DNA of 64,000 nucleotides from Octopus bimaculoides (taxonomy: Eukaryota), in the NCBI RefSeq assembly GCF_001194135.2, contig NC_068993.1, forward strand, positions 15,950,317-16,014,316. Reading direction: 5' to 3'. Positions 13,690 to 27,969 of the stretch are shown here, piece after piece. Under the pieces are notes generated by a model, which saw only the letters and a list, made by a program, of their open reading frames with translations, searched no databases and had not been told where the DNA came from. Position 1 is the first letter of the stretch. Each line of letters begins with the position of its first letter. The position numbers and the translations under genes are program-made.

Positions 13690-14114
13690 ATTAGTTCTAC
13701 AGAAATGATGATTATGGTGGTGGTGTGGTGTTGACCATGATGATGATGATAACGAGGAGGATGAGGAGGAGGAGGAGTATGATGATGCAGATGAGGAGGA
13801 GGGTGATGCAGATGCAGATGATCATGACGATAGTGACGAAACGTATCATCGTCATCATCGTCATCTTCCTCAATGGTTCGCAACGATGATTGTGCAGAAT
13901 ATTTTACATAGTGATGATGTCAATGACGATGATGATGACGACGACCACGTCGATGATGATGATGATGATGATTATGATGAAGATGATGATGATGATGATG
14001 ATGACGACGACGATGATGATGATGATGATGACAACGACGATGACGACGACGATGATGATGATGATGAAGTTGATGATAATGATGATGATGATGATTATTA
14101 TGATGACGACGATT

Positions 14115-14148
<34 letters not shown>

Positions 14149-14180
14149 CAATGATGATGACGACGACGGTAAAGATGACT
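13690..14180. repeat. (GAT/GAC)n triplet arrays; the poly-D/M/H ORFs are artefacts
   Basis: Direct reading. Stop-free homopolymer translations occur in several frames on both strands. Confidence 0.9.
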
Positions 14181-14325
14181 ATGTACCGTGCCATAGGGCT
14201 GCTGGTGGTTTTCCTCAGAGTTGCTCTTCATGGAAGTATTTCATTAAAATAACCTTCAAGTATTTGTTGAAGACAAAATTATTACATCAACGAAAAATAG
14301 GCAATTTAACAACAACAACAACAAC

Positions 14326-14365
<40 letters not shown>

Positions 14366-14598
14366 TACTGTACAATTTAAATCAAGATTACATTTCAAAT
14401 AATGCCAAATAAATATAATTAAAAACAGAATATATTTGCTGTAATGGAACTTTGGATGAAATTATACTTAAGAAAAACTAAATAAAGGTCGATCACTTTT
14501 ATATATTATTGCTGTAGTGTTGTAGTAGTAATAGTAGTAGTTGCTGTTCTTGTTGTTGTTGTTGAGAATATGATCTTGACAGTTATGATGTCGTTGGT

Positions 14599-14640
<42 letters not shown>

Positions 14641-14806
14641 GTGATGATGAACATGAAGATGCTGACGAAAAAGGTTATTGGGGTCAGCACGGTGGTGATG
14701 GTGGGAAAACTGATTAAGACATCACATTTTGTAAGTCTTACGCATGCTTGCATACACACGTGTGCATGTACACACACACGCACATTTAAATGTATCTATC
14801 TATCTA

Positions 14807-14851
<45 letters not shown>

Positions 14852-16747
14852 NNNNNNNNNNNNNNNNNNNNNNNNNNNNNNNNNNNNNNNNNNNNNNNNN
14901 NNNNNNNNNNNNNNNNNNNNNNNNNNNNNNNNNNNNNNNNNNNNNNNNNNNNNNNNNNNNNNNNNNNNNNNNNNNNNNNNNNNNNNNNNNNNNNNNNNNN
15001 NNNNNNNNNNNNNNNNNNNNNNNNNNNNNNNNNNNNNNNNNNNNNNNNNNNNNNNNNNNNNNNNNNNNNNNNNNNNNNNNNNNNNNNNNNNNNNNNNNNN
15101 NNNNNNNNNNNNNNNNNNNNNNNNNNNNNNNNNNNNNNNNNNNNNNNNNNNNNNNNNNNNNNNNNNNNNNNNNNNNNNNNNNNNNNNNNNNNNNNNNNNN
15201 NNNNNTATATATATATATATATATACACACCCGCACACATGTTTTTCGTATCTTGGGGTGTATAGTAGTATTGCAAACTATGGTTGCGGCGGATGTTATT
15301 GAGCGCATGAAGCTGTTGCTGAATTTGCGAATACTTAGCAGTAAAGTGACTGCATCAAAAAAACCCATGTAATTACATAGCTATGTATGTAAACTATTAC
15401 GTATATATGTGCGTATAATTTTATACATGCGTGTACGGGAGTGTGTGCGAGCGTTTTGTGATGCGCATGGGTATTATGTCTGTGAATGTATGTGAGAGGC
15501 GTGAGTGTGTGCCTCTATGTGTAGAAAAAATAATTTCATTTGTAATTAGTTAGCATAGTTGGAAATTTTATATATTTATATAATATATAATTTAACGCGC
15601 ATCCATATGTGTGTATGTATGTACGAGTGTTTTGTTGTGTTAGCAGCATTGAAAATACGCATGGTTTATATGCATAACTGCGTATACATACGCGCACACA
15701 TATACACATATATTTTATAGACATACATATCCATATATATATATTCGTACATAAATATGTGTATATATATACATATATACATACATATATATATATATGT
15801 GTGTATATATATATATANNNNNNNNNNNNNNNNNNNNNNNNNNNNNNNNNNNNNNNNNNNNNNNNNNNNNNNNNNNNNNNNNNNNNNNNNNNNNNNNNNN
15901 NNNNNNNNNNNNNNNNNNNNNNNNNNNNNNNNNNNNNNNNNNNNNNNNNNNNNNNNNNNNNNNNNNNNNNNNNNNNNNNNNNNNNNNNNNNNNNNNNNNN
16001 NNNNNNNNNNNNNNNNNNNNNNNNNNNNNNNNNNNNNNNNNNNNNNNNNNNNNNNNNNNNNNNNNNNNNNNNNNNNNNNNNNNNNNNNNNNNNNNNNNNN
16101 NNNNNNNNNNNNNNNNNNNNNNNNNNNNNNNNNNNNNNNNNNNNNNNNNNNNNNNNNNNNNNNNNNNNNNNNNNNNNNNNNNNNNNNNNNNNNNNNNNNN
16201 NNNNNNNNNNNNNNNNNNNNNNNNNNNNNNNNNNNNNNNNNNNNNNNNNNNNNNNNNNNNNNNNNNNNNNNNNNNNNNNNNNNNNNNNNNNNNNNNNNNN
16301 NNNNNNNNNNNNNNNNNNNNNNNNNNNNNNNNNNNNNNNNNNNNNNNNNNNNNNNNNNNNNNNNNNNNNNNNNNNNNNNNNNNNNNNNNNNNNNNNNNNN
16401 NNNNNNNNNNNNNNNNNNNNNNNNNNNNNNNNNNNNNNNNNNNNNNNNNNNNNNNNNNNNNNNNNNNNNNNNNNNNNNNNNNNNNNNNNNNNNNNNNNNN
16501 NNNNNNNNNNNNNNNNNNNNNNNNNNNNNNNNNNNNNNNNNNNNNNNNNNNNNNNNNNNNNNNNNNNNNNNNNNNNNNNNNNNNNNNNNNNNNNNNNNNN
16601 NNNNNNNNNNNNNNNNNNNNNNNNNNNNNNNNNNNNNNNNNNNNNNNNNNNNNNNNNNNNNNGGCAGGGAATCGTCAATTAGTAATAAAATTAATAATTA
16701 ACAATTTTGCCGGGTAGCTCAGTATGAAAAAACCTTTGATATTTATG

Positions 16748-16783
<36 letters not shown>

Positions 16784-17785
16784 CATATACGCGCATTCGT
16801 TCAATATATACATAAGAATATCTGTTAATGCCTTTATGTGCAAGTATAGGTTTAGATAGATGTGCGCACGTCCATCTATGTCGTACACTGAGGCATACAT
16901 GAACGCAAAACTTACTTTGAAATGCACAAGTATGCACACAAAATCAAATACATGTTGATTTCATACGACAAATCTCACGTATATTTATGTATATCTATGT
17001 ATATTTTTGTATGAATGTAGCGGTATGTAAATATGTTTCTATATGTGTGTGGAAGTATGTGTGATCGTATCTATTTTATCGCAAACGCTAGTCTATAATT
17101 GTAAATGCATGAACGGTGCAGAGTATGTAAGAAATAGATAGAGAGAGCAACAGCGAGAGGGGAAAATGCAGGTTTATAATTGTAAGCGCATGAAATGCGT
17201 ATAGAAAAAATAGAGTATAAGAGAGTATGGGAGAGTGAAAATAAGTGACAGAAACCGGAAGAATGACGGAGAGAGAGAGTGTGTGTGTGAGAGAGAGGGA
17301 TAGAGTTAGTGACAATGAAAGAGTGATAGTACCAATGAGAGGAGGAATAAGAAAGAGGGGAATCTGTGAGAGAAAGAGAGAAAGTGAGGACAGCTATGGA
17401 TTGAAAGTGAGCGCGTGCAGAGAAGCGAGATTAAAAATTCAAAAAATGTAATGCAGAATTTAAACATTTCTATAATTATCTCGACGCGTTTGGACCTCAG
17501 GCCAAATTGTTGTATGACATGATACGGAGTTGCTTTTGAGAGAAAACTTTTACATAAGTGTCTCTTTGCGCGTGCACAACAAACCAACTACACATGCGTA
17601 GTTATACACACAGACAGAGGCACACAGATACACGTACATGCAAATAAAAATACACATACACGCATGCATACATATACGTGTGAGTGTATGTTTACATGTG
17701 TGCATAACTCTCTATCCCTCTCTTTCTTTCTATATATATATATGTACACACACACAAACATGTATATATATAACTNNNNNNNNNN

Positions 17786-17818
<33 letters not shown>

Positions 17819-18129
17819 GCATGTATATATATGTATATATATATGCATATATATATATATATATGTATATAAGTGTACGTATGTATGTAAGCATGTATGA
17901 TTATGTGTGTTTATATATATGAAGGTGTGTATGATGTAGGTGTGTTATTGTGCACTTTCATATGTACGTACATATATATATAATATATACATAGATACAT
18001 AAATGCACATATACACGTATATACATGCAACGAATATGTTTACGTGTATGTGTGCTTGAATATGCATTATAAGTATCTATGCACATATACATGAACATAT
18101 GTATATATGCAATCATACATAAAAGCATA

Positions 18130-18181
<52 letters not shown>

Positions 18182-18215
18182 CACACACCCACACACACAC
18201 GCACANNNNNNNNNN

Positions 18216-18266
<51 letters not shown>

Positions 18267-18602
18267 ATATATATATACAACAAATATATATGCATACATG
18301 CAAATACATATGTTAAAACGTACATATGCATGTTAGCATATGCATCTTTGCTTACAGATACGTAGTTGCATGTGTGAGTCTTATATGCAAAGTGCATATA
18401 ATTATATATAAACGCCGGCTTATACATCGATCACAACTTAATTGTATGAGAGCAATCTGTACACACATCAATTTTTACGTATGCAGAAGGGTTCGCTCTG
18501 GGAGTGTATATAATTATACCTATGTATCTCTGTATTAAAGTATAAATATATGCACATATGTATATGTACGCATGTATAAACCTATATATATACATAACTA
18601 TA

Positions 18603-18659
<57 letters not shown>

Positions 18660-19099
18660 CTATATGTGCATATATATATATATTAGTGTTTGTTTACAGA
18701 TTTTTTACTACTTAGTGTGTGTTATATGCGTATACATGCGTGTTTGTGTATGTGTGTGGATTTTGGTAAGAATTTCATTCCTTCGCATCTCTTTTTTCCC
18801 TTACATTCTTCAAGTGACATCTTTACCAAGCAATTTTATCCAAAGCACACACACCCTCTCTCTCCCCATTCACTCTTTCCCCCCTCATTGCTCACTCCTT
18901 CTCTCGCCTTACTTTCTCTCTTTTCTTTTATCTCCACCTACTTTTCTATTTATCTATCTCTGTCTTGACTTTCTTTCAATCTCTCTCTTTCTCTGTCTGT
19001 CTCTCTCCCCTCTCTCTATCTTTCTCGCTCTCTCTTTGGCTATCTCTTTATGTATTGACATACATCCATAAAAATGCGCATATATGTATATGTATTACT

Positions 19100-19143
19100 T
19101 TAGATAGATAGATAGATAGATAGGTAGATAGATAGATAGCTAA

Positions 19144-19212
<69 letters not shown>

Positions 19213-19440
19213 GAGTGGGGGAGATATATAGGCAGTAGCAGTATGTTCACACTTGTACGAATTGCAGAAAGGTACTCCGTATTATTTCGCATAAATGAAA
19301 TTATTCTTTCTTTAAAGTCAAGTTTCCCTGAAGGATTACTCGGAGTTTCTTGCTGAAGATGAGAAACTAGAAAACTAGAAACTCCTTGTGACAACTTACA
19401 AGATAAACAGTGTGTGTATGTATGTCTCTCTCTCTCTTTT

Positions 19441-19494
<54 letters not shown>

Positions 19495-19550
19495 TCTCTC
19501 TCTCTCTCCCTCGCAGAGCTAACGAGAGAAAGAGAGGCATAGATAGATAC

Positions 19551-19581
<31 letters not shown>

Positions 19582-19794
19582 CGTAGATAGGTATTATGTA
19601 TGTATGTATGTATGTATGTATGTATGTATGTATGTATGTGGGTAGGTAGGTAGGCAGGCAGGCAGGCAGGTATGTATGTATGTATGTATGTAGGTAGGTA
19701 GGTAGGTAGGTAGGTAGGTAGGTAGGTAGGTAGGTAGAAAGGTAGGTAAGTAGGCAGGTAGGTAGGTAGCTAGGTAGCTAGATATATAAATAGT

Positions 19795-19828
<34 letters not shown>

Positions 19829-19834
19829 CATACA

Positions 19835-19866
<32 letters not shown>

Positions 19867-19870
19867 CGTA
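19100..19870. repeat. Compound tetranucleotide/dinucleotide cluster (GATA, CT, TACA, TATG, TAGG, CAGG)
   Basis: Direct reading. Confidence 0.95.
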
Positions 19871-20101
19871 CATAGAAATAGATATAGAACACGCACACAT
19901 GCAAGTATACAAATATAAATATACAAGTGCGTGTAAATGTGCGTGCGCATATTTTCTCCATCTCCTTTTTTAACTACGCTAATATATATTCTACACCTTC
20001 TCCGCAATCTTTTACATCAATTTTTATTTTAAACACCTCACTCATATTCAGGTTTCTGTCTTTTCCTTATTTGCTGAAATATACATACATACATACATAC
20101 A

Positions 20102-20163
<62 letters not shown>

Positions 20164-20389
20164 AATNNNNNNNNNNNNNNNNNNNNNNNNNATATATATA
20201 TATATATATACACACACTTAGACAACATTCTTGGAATTGTTTTGTTTTAACTGCAAACTACGTCTTAGAATTTCCTCTTTCTTGTGTTGCAAGAATTTAC
20301 CGTTGCTGTTGTTGTTTGTTTCCCATTCTCGAACTCGTAATATCTGTTGTTACTTTTATTCTTCTTGTCTTCCTTCTTTATTCTTCGAG

Positions 20390-21367
20390 AGTTTAGTTCC
20401 TCTTTGTCTTCTCTCATTTTCGACTTCTAGTATCTTTTCTCTTTCTCCTTCCTTTTTCTTCTACATCTTTCCACGTCTCCTTTCTCTTCGTTGTCTTCCT
20501 TCCCGTCGTCTTCTTGTTCTTCTTATTTCTTCCTCCTTTACTATTCCTCACTCTTTCTTCGCATTTTTCGTCATCTTCTCCTTTGTCTTGTTTAGGGATC
20601 ATCATCATTATCGTCATCATCTTGTTCTTTTCCTTCTTCTTCTCCATCTTCATGCTTCTCTTATGCTCCACAATTTTCATGTCTTGTTTCTTCTTCTTCT
20701 TCTTCTTCTTCTTCTTCTTCTTCTTCTTCTTCTTCTCCCCTCCTCCCCTTTCCCATCATATTTTCTAGTAATTTTCGTTCCCTTCTTTTCCTTCCACTCA
20801 CTCCTCCTAAATTTTCTGGATCTTTTCTTTTCCTTTCTTCTTCGTCTTCCTTCTCTTCTCTTTTTCATTTTCTCTTTTTCATCTTCTCTTCTTTCACTTC
20901 TATTTTCTTTTTCTACTTTTTTTCTTCATCTTCTTTTCCACCTCCTCCTCCTGAAGCTTCATCCTTCTGCACTTTCTTTCTCTTCCTCATTCTTCTTCTT
21001 CTTCTTCTTCTTCTTCTTCTTCTTCTTCTTCTTCTTCTTCTTTTTCTTCTTCCTCTTCTTCTTCTTCTTTTCTCCTCCTTTGCGCTCTCTTTCCCTTCCT
21101 CATTCTCCTTCCGCTTCTTTCTCTACCTCTTCTTCCCCTTCCCCTCCTTCTCCTCCACCACCTTCCCTCCAGCTTCGTTTTCACTCATTCCCTTCCTCAT
21201 TCTGTTTCTTCTTCTTTCTGTACCACTTCTTCCCCTTCTTCTCCTCCTCCTTATCTCCTCCCTCTTCTGCACTTTCTTCTTCTTCATCTCCTTCTTCTTC
21301 TTCTCTTTCGTTTTCTTCTTTTTCTACTTCTTCTTTTCCTTCTACTTCCTCCCCTTCTTCTTCTTCT

Positions 21368-21406
<39 letters not shown>

Positions 21407-21590
21407 TCTACTTCTTCTATTTCCCCTTCTTCTCCTTCTTCTCCTTCTACTTCTCCTTTTTCTCCTTCTTCTCCTTCTCCTCTCCTCTTCCTCCTCCTAC
21501 TGCATCTTCTTTCTCTTACTCAATATTTTTTCTCTTCTTCCAACCATTCCTCACCTTCTTCACCTGCTCGTACATCGTCTCCATCCTTTT
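20390..21590 (+). repeat. ~1.2-kb polypyrimidine tract with (TTC)n runs
   Basis: Predominantly C/T on + strand. This explains the 479-aa S/F/L/P ORF. Confidence 0.9.
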
Positions 21591-21928
21591 CTTCCAGTTG
21601 CTATCTGCGTTTCAGTTTAAGAATTTCATCAGAGGTATTAGCATGCGGTCATAGAGTAATTATGGTTTAGCATAACGCAGAATTTCTGCAGATTAATGCA
21701 ACAACCACACAACAGCGTGCACTGACAGGCAATGTATGCAGTCACGTGAGGATACATTTTGATGATGTTGCTACACCAATATTTCTTTTGTTTCTTTCAT
21801 TAGTTTGTATTTATTACTTCTCTTCATATTTTGTTTAATTTCTTGTCGCGTGTTTACACACCCACCACCCGTATTCCTCGTCTAATTTCCCTATCTTTAC
21901 TTTCTTTGATGTTATTATTACTATTATA

Positions 21929-21975
<47 letters not shown>

Positions 21976-24134
21976 GTTGTTATTATTATGCTGTTGTTCT
22001 TTTGCAATTTATAATTTTTATTCATGTTATTGTTTTTCTAGTTGTTTGTGCTTGTTTTCTTTTGATTGTTGGTGTGTTGGATTTTTTGTGTGTGTGTGTG
22101 TGTGTTTTTGTCACTGTATTTGTTTCTATTTCATGCATTTTTTTATATATATATTTCCTGTTCTTTTCTTTTTTGATTCTCTCTTCAGTTTCTACTGTCA
22201 ATGCCACCACCACCGCCGCCACCATAACTACCACTACTACTACTACTACTATCCCGATTACTTAATTTTCTTCCTCTTTAATGATACACTTCCAGAAGCG
22301 ATTGAAACGTGGCTGTGATGAGGAAATAATAAACATATACGAACGAANNNNNNNNNNNNNNNNNNNNNNNNNNNNNNNNNNNNNNNNNNNNNNNNNNNNN
22401 NNNNNNNNNNNNNNNNNNNNNNNNNNNNNNNNNNNNNNNNNNNNNNNNNNNNNNNNNNNNNNNNNNNNNNNNNNNNNNNNNNNNNNNNNNNNNNNNNNNN
22501 NNNNNNNNNNNNNNNNNNNNNNNNNNNNNNNNNNNNNNNNNNNNNNNNNNNNNNNNNNNNNNNNNNNNNNNNNNNNNNNNNNNNNNNNNNNNNNNNNNNN
22601 NNNNNNNNNNNNNNNNNNNNNNNNNNNNNNNNNNNNNNNNNNNNNNNNNNNNNNNNNNNNNNNNNNNNNNNNNNNNNNNNNNNNNNNNNNNNNNNNNNNN
22701 NNNNNNNNNNNNNNNNNNNNNNNNNNNNNNNNNNNNNNNNNNNNNNNNNNNNNNNNNNNNNNNNNNNNNNNNNNNNNNNNNNNNNNNNNNNNNNNNNNNN
22801 NNNNNNNNNNNNNNNNNNNNNNNNNNNNNTATATATATATATATGTGTGTGTATGTATGTATGTATGTATGTATGTATATACACACACACTCATGCAAAT
22901 ATATATAGGATGGAGTACATACACGTGTATATTCGTATCTGACTCAATATAATATGTATTTCTGCAATGTCAGAGCAGGATAGAGCAGACATTTTTATTT
23001 TTTAATGTTAAACTGCAATGTAAACTTCATGCACACCTGTGATGAGCTATTAACGTTCTCCATTAATATCGACACATCACGGTTTTCTCTCGATGCTTTA
23101 TTGCTAATACAAATGTCACTATCAGCTTCTTTATCATGTGAACATGATGAAACCACCGAAATATGTATGTGCGCATGCATGTATGCATCTATGCATATAT
23201 GTATTAACATGTGTATATATATATATATATATATATACATATATATANNNNNNNNNNNNNNNNNNNNNNNNNNNNNNTATATATATATATATATATATGT
23301 TAATACATATATATATATAATATCAATCGTTCAATTTCAAATTTCGATACACACACACACACACACACCGAAATTTGAAATTAAACGATTGAAATTATGA
23401 AATCAGCTGATCAGAATGAATTAATTAAATACGTCCCTCAATATCGCCTTCAGGAAATGACTGGAATTTCAAACTACATTCATCAGAATCACTAATATCG
23501 TGTTGTTGTTGTTGTTGTTGTTGTTGACACCTGTTTATTCATTTATTTATTTGTTTAGCGCCCTGTTCATCCGAATACACGCATCTATATGCAATTGTGT
23601 ACACTGTGCTTCTGCGAGTTTTGAACAAAGCGCTGAGTACTTTAACCTCTGGCAATGCTACGTATCTACAACTAAGTGACCTGGTCTTTTAACTAAAAAC
23701 CTCTTGATCGCGTAGTGGTCAAGAATACATATAAAGTGAACTCCTCCACAACGTAAACTAGATTGCTCAGAACTTAACGTGTTTGCTTATAGACACACAT
23801 TAGCGGACTATTTTACATTATGTTATCTATTCTCAGACTGAAGTGTTGACAGCTAGATGCCTTAATGAAGAATTTCCAACAGTTTACAGCCAAATGGATT
23901 GGACTGTTTAGAATTGAATGTCTTATTCCTGTCGTGATGAAGGACACAGTATTGTGAAGTCTTCGACATCGTGGAACCTGTAGCCAGTTAAGTAAACTTG
24001 AATGTTAAGGATCAAAAGACATGGTAATAGAGATGTTGTAGTGATGTTTCTCTATATTTGCCGCAAATAGACAGAACTATTGACGCTTATGTGACTTAAT
24101 CAAGGATGCAATACTGGAAACTCATTATTACCAG

Positions 24135-24328
24135 ACGAGTAGACTGGAGCAATGTGAAATGAAGTGTTTTGCCCAAGAACATAGTGCCTGGCCCGGTCCA
24201 GGAATCGAAACCACAATCTTCCGCTCATGAGTACAACACCCCAAACTCTAAACCATGCGCCGGTCCAGGAATCGAAACCACAATCTTACGATCATCAATT
24301 CATCGCCCTAACCACTAGGCCATGCGCC
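24135..24328 (-). mobile_element. tRNA-derived SINE with CORE-like segment and tandemly duplicated head
   Basis: Minus strand: GGCGCATGGCCTAGTGGTTAGGGCG...GATTGTGGTTTCGATTCCTGGACC twice, then TTCTTGGGCAAAACACTTCATTTCACATTGCTCC, which resembles the CORE-SINE ccttgggcaagtcactt segment. Confidence 0.8.
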
Positions 24329-25020
24329 GATACATTGCGTATACGCATTTCTCATTTAGGCAGTTACATTGTCCTGGCAGTTAAAGCTGCATTTTAAGTT
24401 GAACTTTAGGAAGGAATTTAATGTAAGCACTAGATGCATGTCCCTATTATAATAGACAATTATCTTACGTCATTTACCATAGTATTATCCACGAATTCGA
24501 AAGCAAACGGCTGTTTCCTCATAGATGCAAAAGATGTTAGCCAAAACCGTATGACACCAGATCACAGATGCTAAAAAATTTTGCCCTGTCACTTAATGGT
24601 CTAGTATAAATCTTTTTTTTTTTTTTCTGCTGTCGGCAAACTTTGTATTTTCATTCTGTCTTCGATAAAAAAAGAATATGAAGTGAAATTGATTTCATAG
24701 ACTCGAGCGTAATTGTGTAAAAATTGGTTTAGTATCCCATTTAAACAGGAAAATATTTTGTGTGTATGTGTGTGTATGTGTGTACATTGTAGTTGCTACC
24801 AAACACTATTATATAGAAATATGTATTTCAAGTACTTTTATACTTCGAATATACTTATGATTTTCTATGTATTCTTCAATGCATATGTAACACTGAAATA
24901 CATATATCTATGCATATAAATGCATACACTTATACAATAGCCACACATATCGATTGATAGTTAGATATTCATATACATAGATATGTGCGTGTGTGTGTGT
25001 TTATATATATATATACATAT

Positions 25021-25075
<55 letters not shown>

Positions 25076-25345
25076 TATGTGCGTATATTCGTATACGTAC
25101 ATGCGTACACATGTATATATCTGTACATTATTTGATTTCAATACATTAACAAATATTCATGTGTGCATGAGTATAGATACATAGCCAGAAAGATACATAT
25201 GCATTTTATCACACACCCATCACACACACACACATACATACATACACACATACATACGTACGTACATACATATATACATACAAACATGTGTGTGCGTGTG
25301 TACGTCTGTGTGTGGGGGTTGGTGTGTGGGTGTTTGTGGGTGTGG

Positions 25346-25377
<32 letters not shown>

Positions 25378-25379
25378 AC

Positions 25380-25534
25380 GATGGGATACCTTCAGTTTCC
25401 GTCTATCAAATCCACTCATAAGGCTTTGATCGGCCAGAAGCTATTTTAGAAGACACTTATCTAAGGTGCCAGGCAGTGGCACTCAACCCGCAACCACGCG
25501 GCTGAAAAGAAAATCTCTTAACTCACATCCACGC
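25380..25534 (-). mobile_element. tRNA-derived SINE with CORE-like segment (family ...ggcaccttgggcaagtgtcttcta...gacggaaactgaa)
   Basis: Aligns with the copies at 40700, 47200 and 51800; truncated by a gap. Confidence 0.75.
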
Positions 25535-25686
25535 TNNNNNNNNNNNNNNNNNNNNNNNNNNNNNNNNNNNNNNNNNNNNNNNNNNNNNNNNNNNNNNNNN
25601 NNNNNNNNNNNNNNNNNNNNNNNNNNNNNNNNNNNNNNNNNNNNNNNNNNNNNNNNNNNNNNNNNNNNNNNNNNNNNNNNNNNNNN

Positions 25687-25717
<31 letters not shown>

Positions 25718-25879
25718 ACATACACACACACACCCATACACCCACACACACACAAACATATATATATATATTTTAACAAACGAAGGAGAAAATTCCTTCA
25801 ATGGGGTGTAATACATCCAACTCGTACGTCTCTATATATGTATGTATGTGTGTGCGTGTCTTTGTGTCTGTGTTTGTCA

Positions 25880-26040
25880 CAACAGGAGTTGGTGTGTTTA
25901 CGTTCCATTATCTTAACGGCAAAAGAGATCCCTTTGCAATAAGTACTACGCTTAAAAAATAAGTCCTTGGCCTCGATTTGTTCGACTTAAAACTTTCAAG
26001 GCGGTGCTCCATCATGGACGCAGTCAGATGACTGAAAGAC
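25880..26040 (+). mobile_element. SINE 3' portion (gttggtgtgtttacgt...aataagtact...gtcgaac...ggcggtgctcca...gactgaaa)
   Basis: Reverse-complement match to 51635-51790. Confidence 0.7.
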
Positions 26041-26204
26041 GTACATGAATAAACGAATAAAAGAGTATATATATATATATATATATATTTATGTGTGTAT
26101 GCATGTGTGTGTGTGCGTATGTGTGTGTGCAAGTAAAGAATCAGAGAGAGAGAGCGAAAAGGAGAAAGGAGTAAGAGACACGCGGAAAGACAAGCAGACA
26201 AGCT

Positions 26205-26255
<51 letters not shown>

Positions 26256-26822
26256 AGGGGGGGAGAGTGAGAGAGACATACATACATACATACATACATA
26301 CTTACACGCATGCAAAGACTCAAAACGTCTCTGTGCATGACGTAAATATCCACACAAGCGTACTTTTACTTACATTCGTTGTATGTTCGCATCACTTTGT
26401 CTATGTACTTAGAACATTACATGACAGAAGCTGCATTCAAGTCAATCAGCTCTACGTCAATTCTGAGAAGTTACGGAAGACATATTGCCATTCACAGATG
26501 ACATATTGTCTTTCGATAAACGACATTTTGTCTGTCATCCTTAAATATGTATTTTGCCAGTTTCTTGAAAAATATAAAGATAATGAATAAAATAAAATCT
26601 GAAACAGAGACTTTCGTAGACGTCTCGTTTGTGTATGTATGTATGTATGTATGTATGTATGTATGTATGTATGTATGTATGTATGTATGTATGTATAAGT
26701 GAGTATGCGTATTTATATATGTATATATTTATATGCGCATACATGTACATGTACATTTACACTTATATCTATATATACATACATATGAATATATACACAT
26801 ATGCTTATATATAGTGATATAT

Positions 26823-26866
<44 letters not shown>

Positions 26867-27969
26867 TTGCTTATATATAGTGATATATATACTTATATAC
26901 CAGNNNNNNNNNNNNNNNNNNNNNNNNNNNNNNNNNNNNNNNNNNNNNNNNNNNNNNNNNNNNNNNNNNNNNNNNNNNNNNNNNNNNNNNNNNNNNNNNN
27001 NNNNNNNNNNNNNNNNNNNNNNNNNNNNNNNNNNNNNNNNNNNNNNNNNNNNNNNNNNNNNNNNNNNNNNATATAAATATATACTTGCATATATATATAA
27101 ATATTGAAGTGTATGTATGTGTGTGTGTGTGTGTGTGTGTATGTGTGTGTGTGTGTATTTGTGTGTGTGTACACATGTTTGTGTGTATGTACGTATCTGT
27201 GGTTCGAGAAAAATTGGTTGTTGAATAATTCTTGTACATACAATTCACACTCTTGGAATTGCCAAGAAGACAATCAGCCTTAAATAGAGGAAATTTTCTT
27301 GTTAAAACACAAGGAGCTGCGTAAATTGATTTTCTCCTATCGTTTGCTTTTGCAAAAAATATGGGACATTATTTGGCGTGCATCCTTTTAAACTAGTGGG
27401 TCTTGTCTTGTTTACATCATCTTTTTATAAACCATTGTTATTGTCGCTTTGGATTTCTAATTTATTCGTATTGAAATCCCCTAATTATCATAGATTTTGC
27501 AGTTCGTCCACTGCTGTCCCCTGCGTATTGAGCCTTTGACGTACATAACATAAAGTATAGTTATAGTTGTTCAAAATTGATTTAGTGTGATAAACATGTT
27601 ATAAGTGACCTGGAGTGCTTGAAGTATGTGTCTGTAGAAAGCTCTTGCACTATCTCATCAGGGTAATCGAAGGTCTTTAGGCCCTTACAATTGGTCCTAA
27701 GTAACTGACAGTGACATTATCAAGAAAATTGTATCTGTTGGTATTATCTCTTCTTTTTGTTATCTATTCAAACGCTTTCTCTATATATTTACGTTGTTAT
27801 TTCTTGTTCATTGCATTGCTTCTATCGAGTTAAATGGGATTAATACATTGATATCATTAATATCATCCTCTTTTCTATAATTATGATTATTAACAGTAGT
27901 ATTCCAGTTTGTAGTACGGTGGAGGGAGTTGCTAACACAATGGATAATAAACACACTGGACAATACTTA

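Noticed and set aside
13886-14380. Poly-Asp/Met/His ORFs (also at 2060-2612, 53226-53723 and 60273-61150)
   Set aside because: Triplet microsatellites open in several frames on both strands; no unique flanking coding signal.
20231-21670. 479-aa ORF, the longest in the track
   Set aside because: Lies almost wholly in a polypyrimidine tract where stop codons are scarce; the composition is S/F/L/P low complexity.
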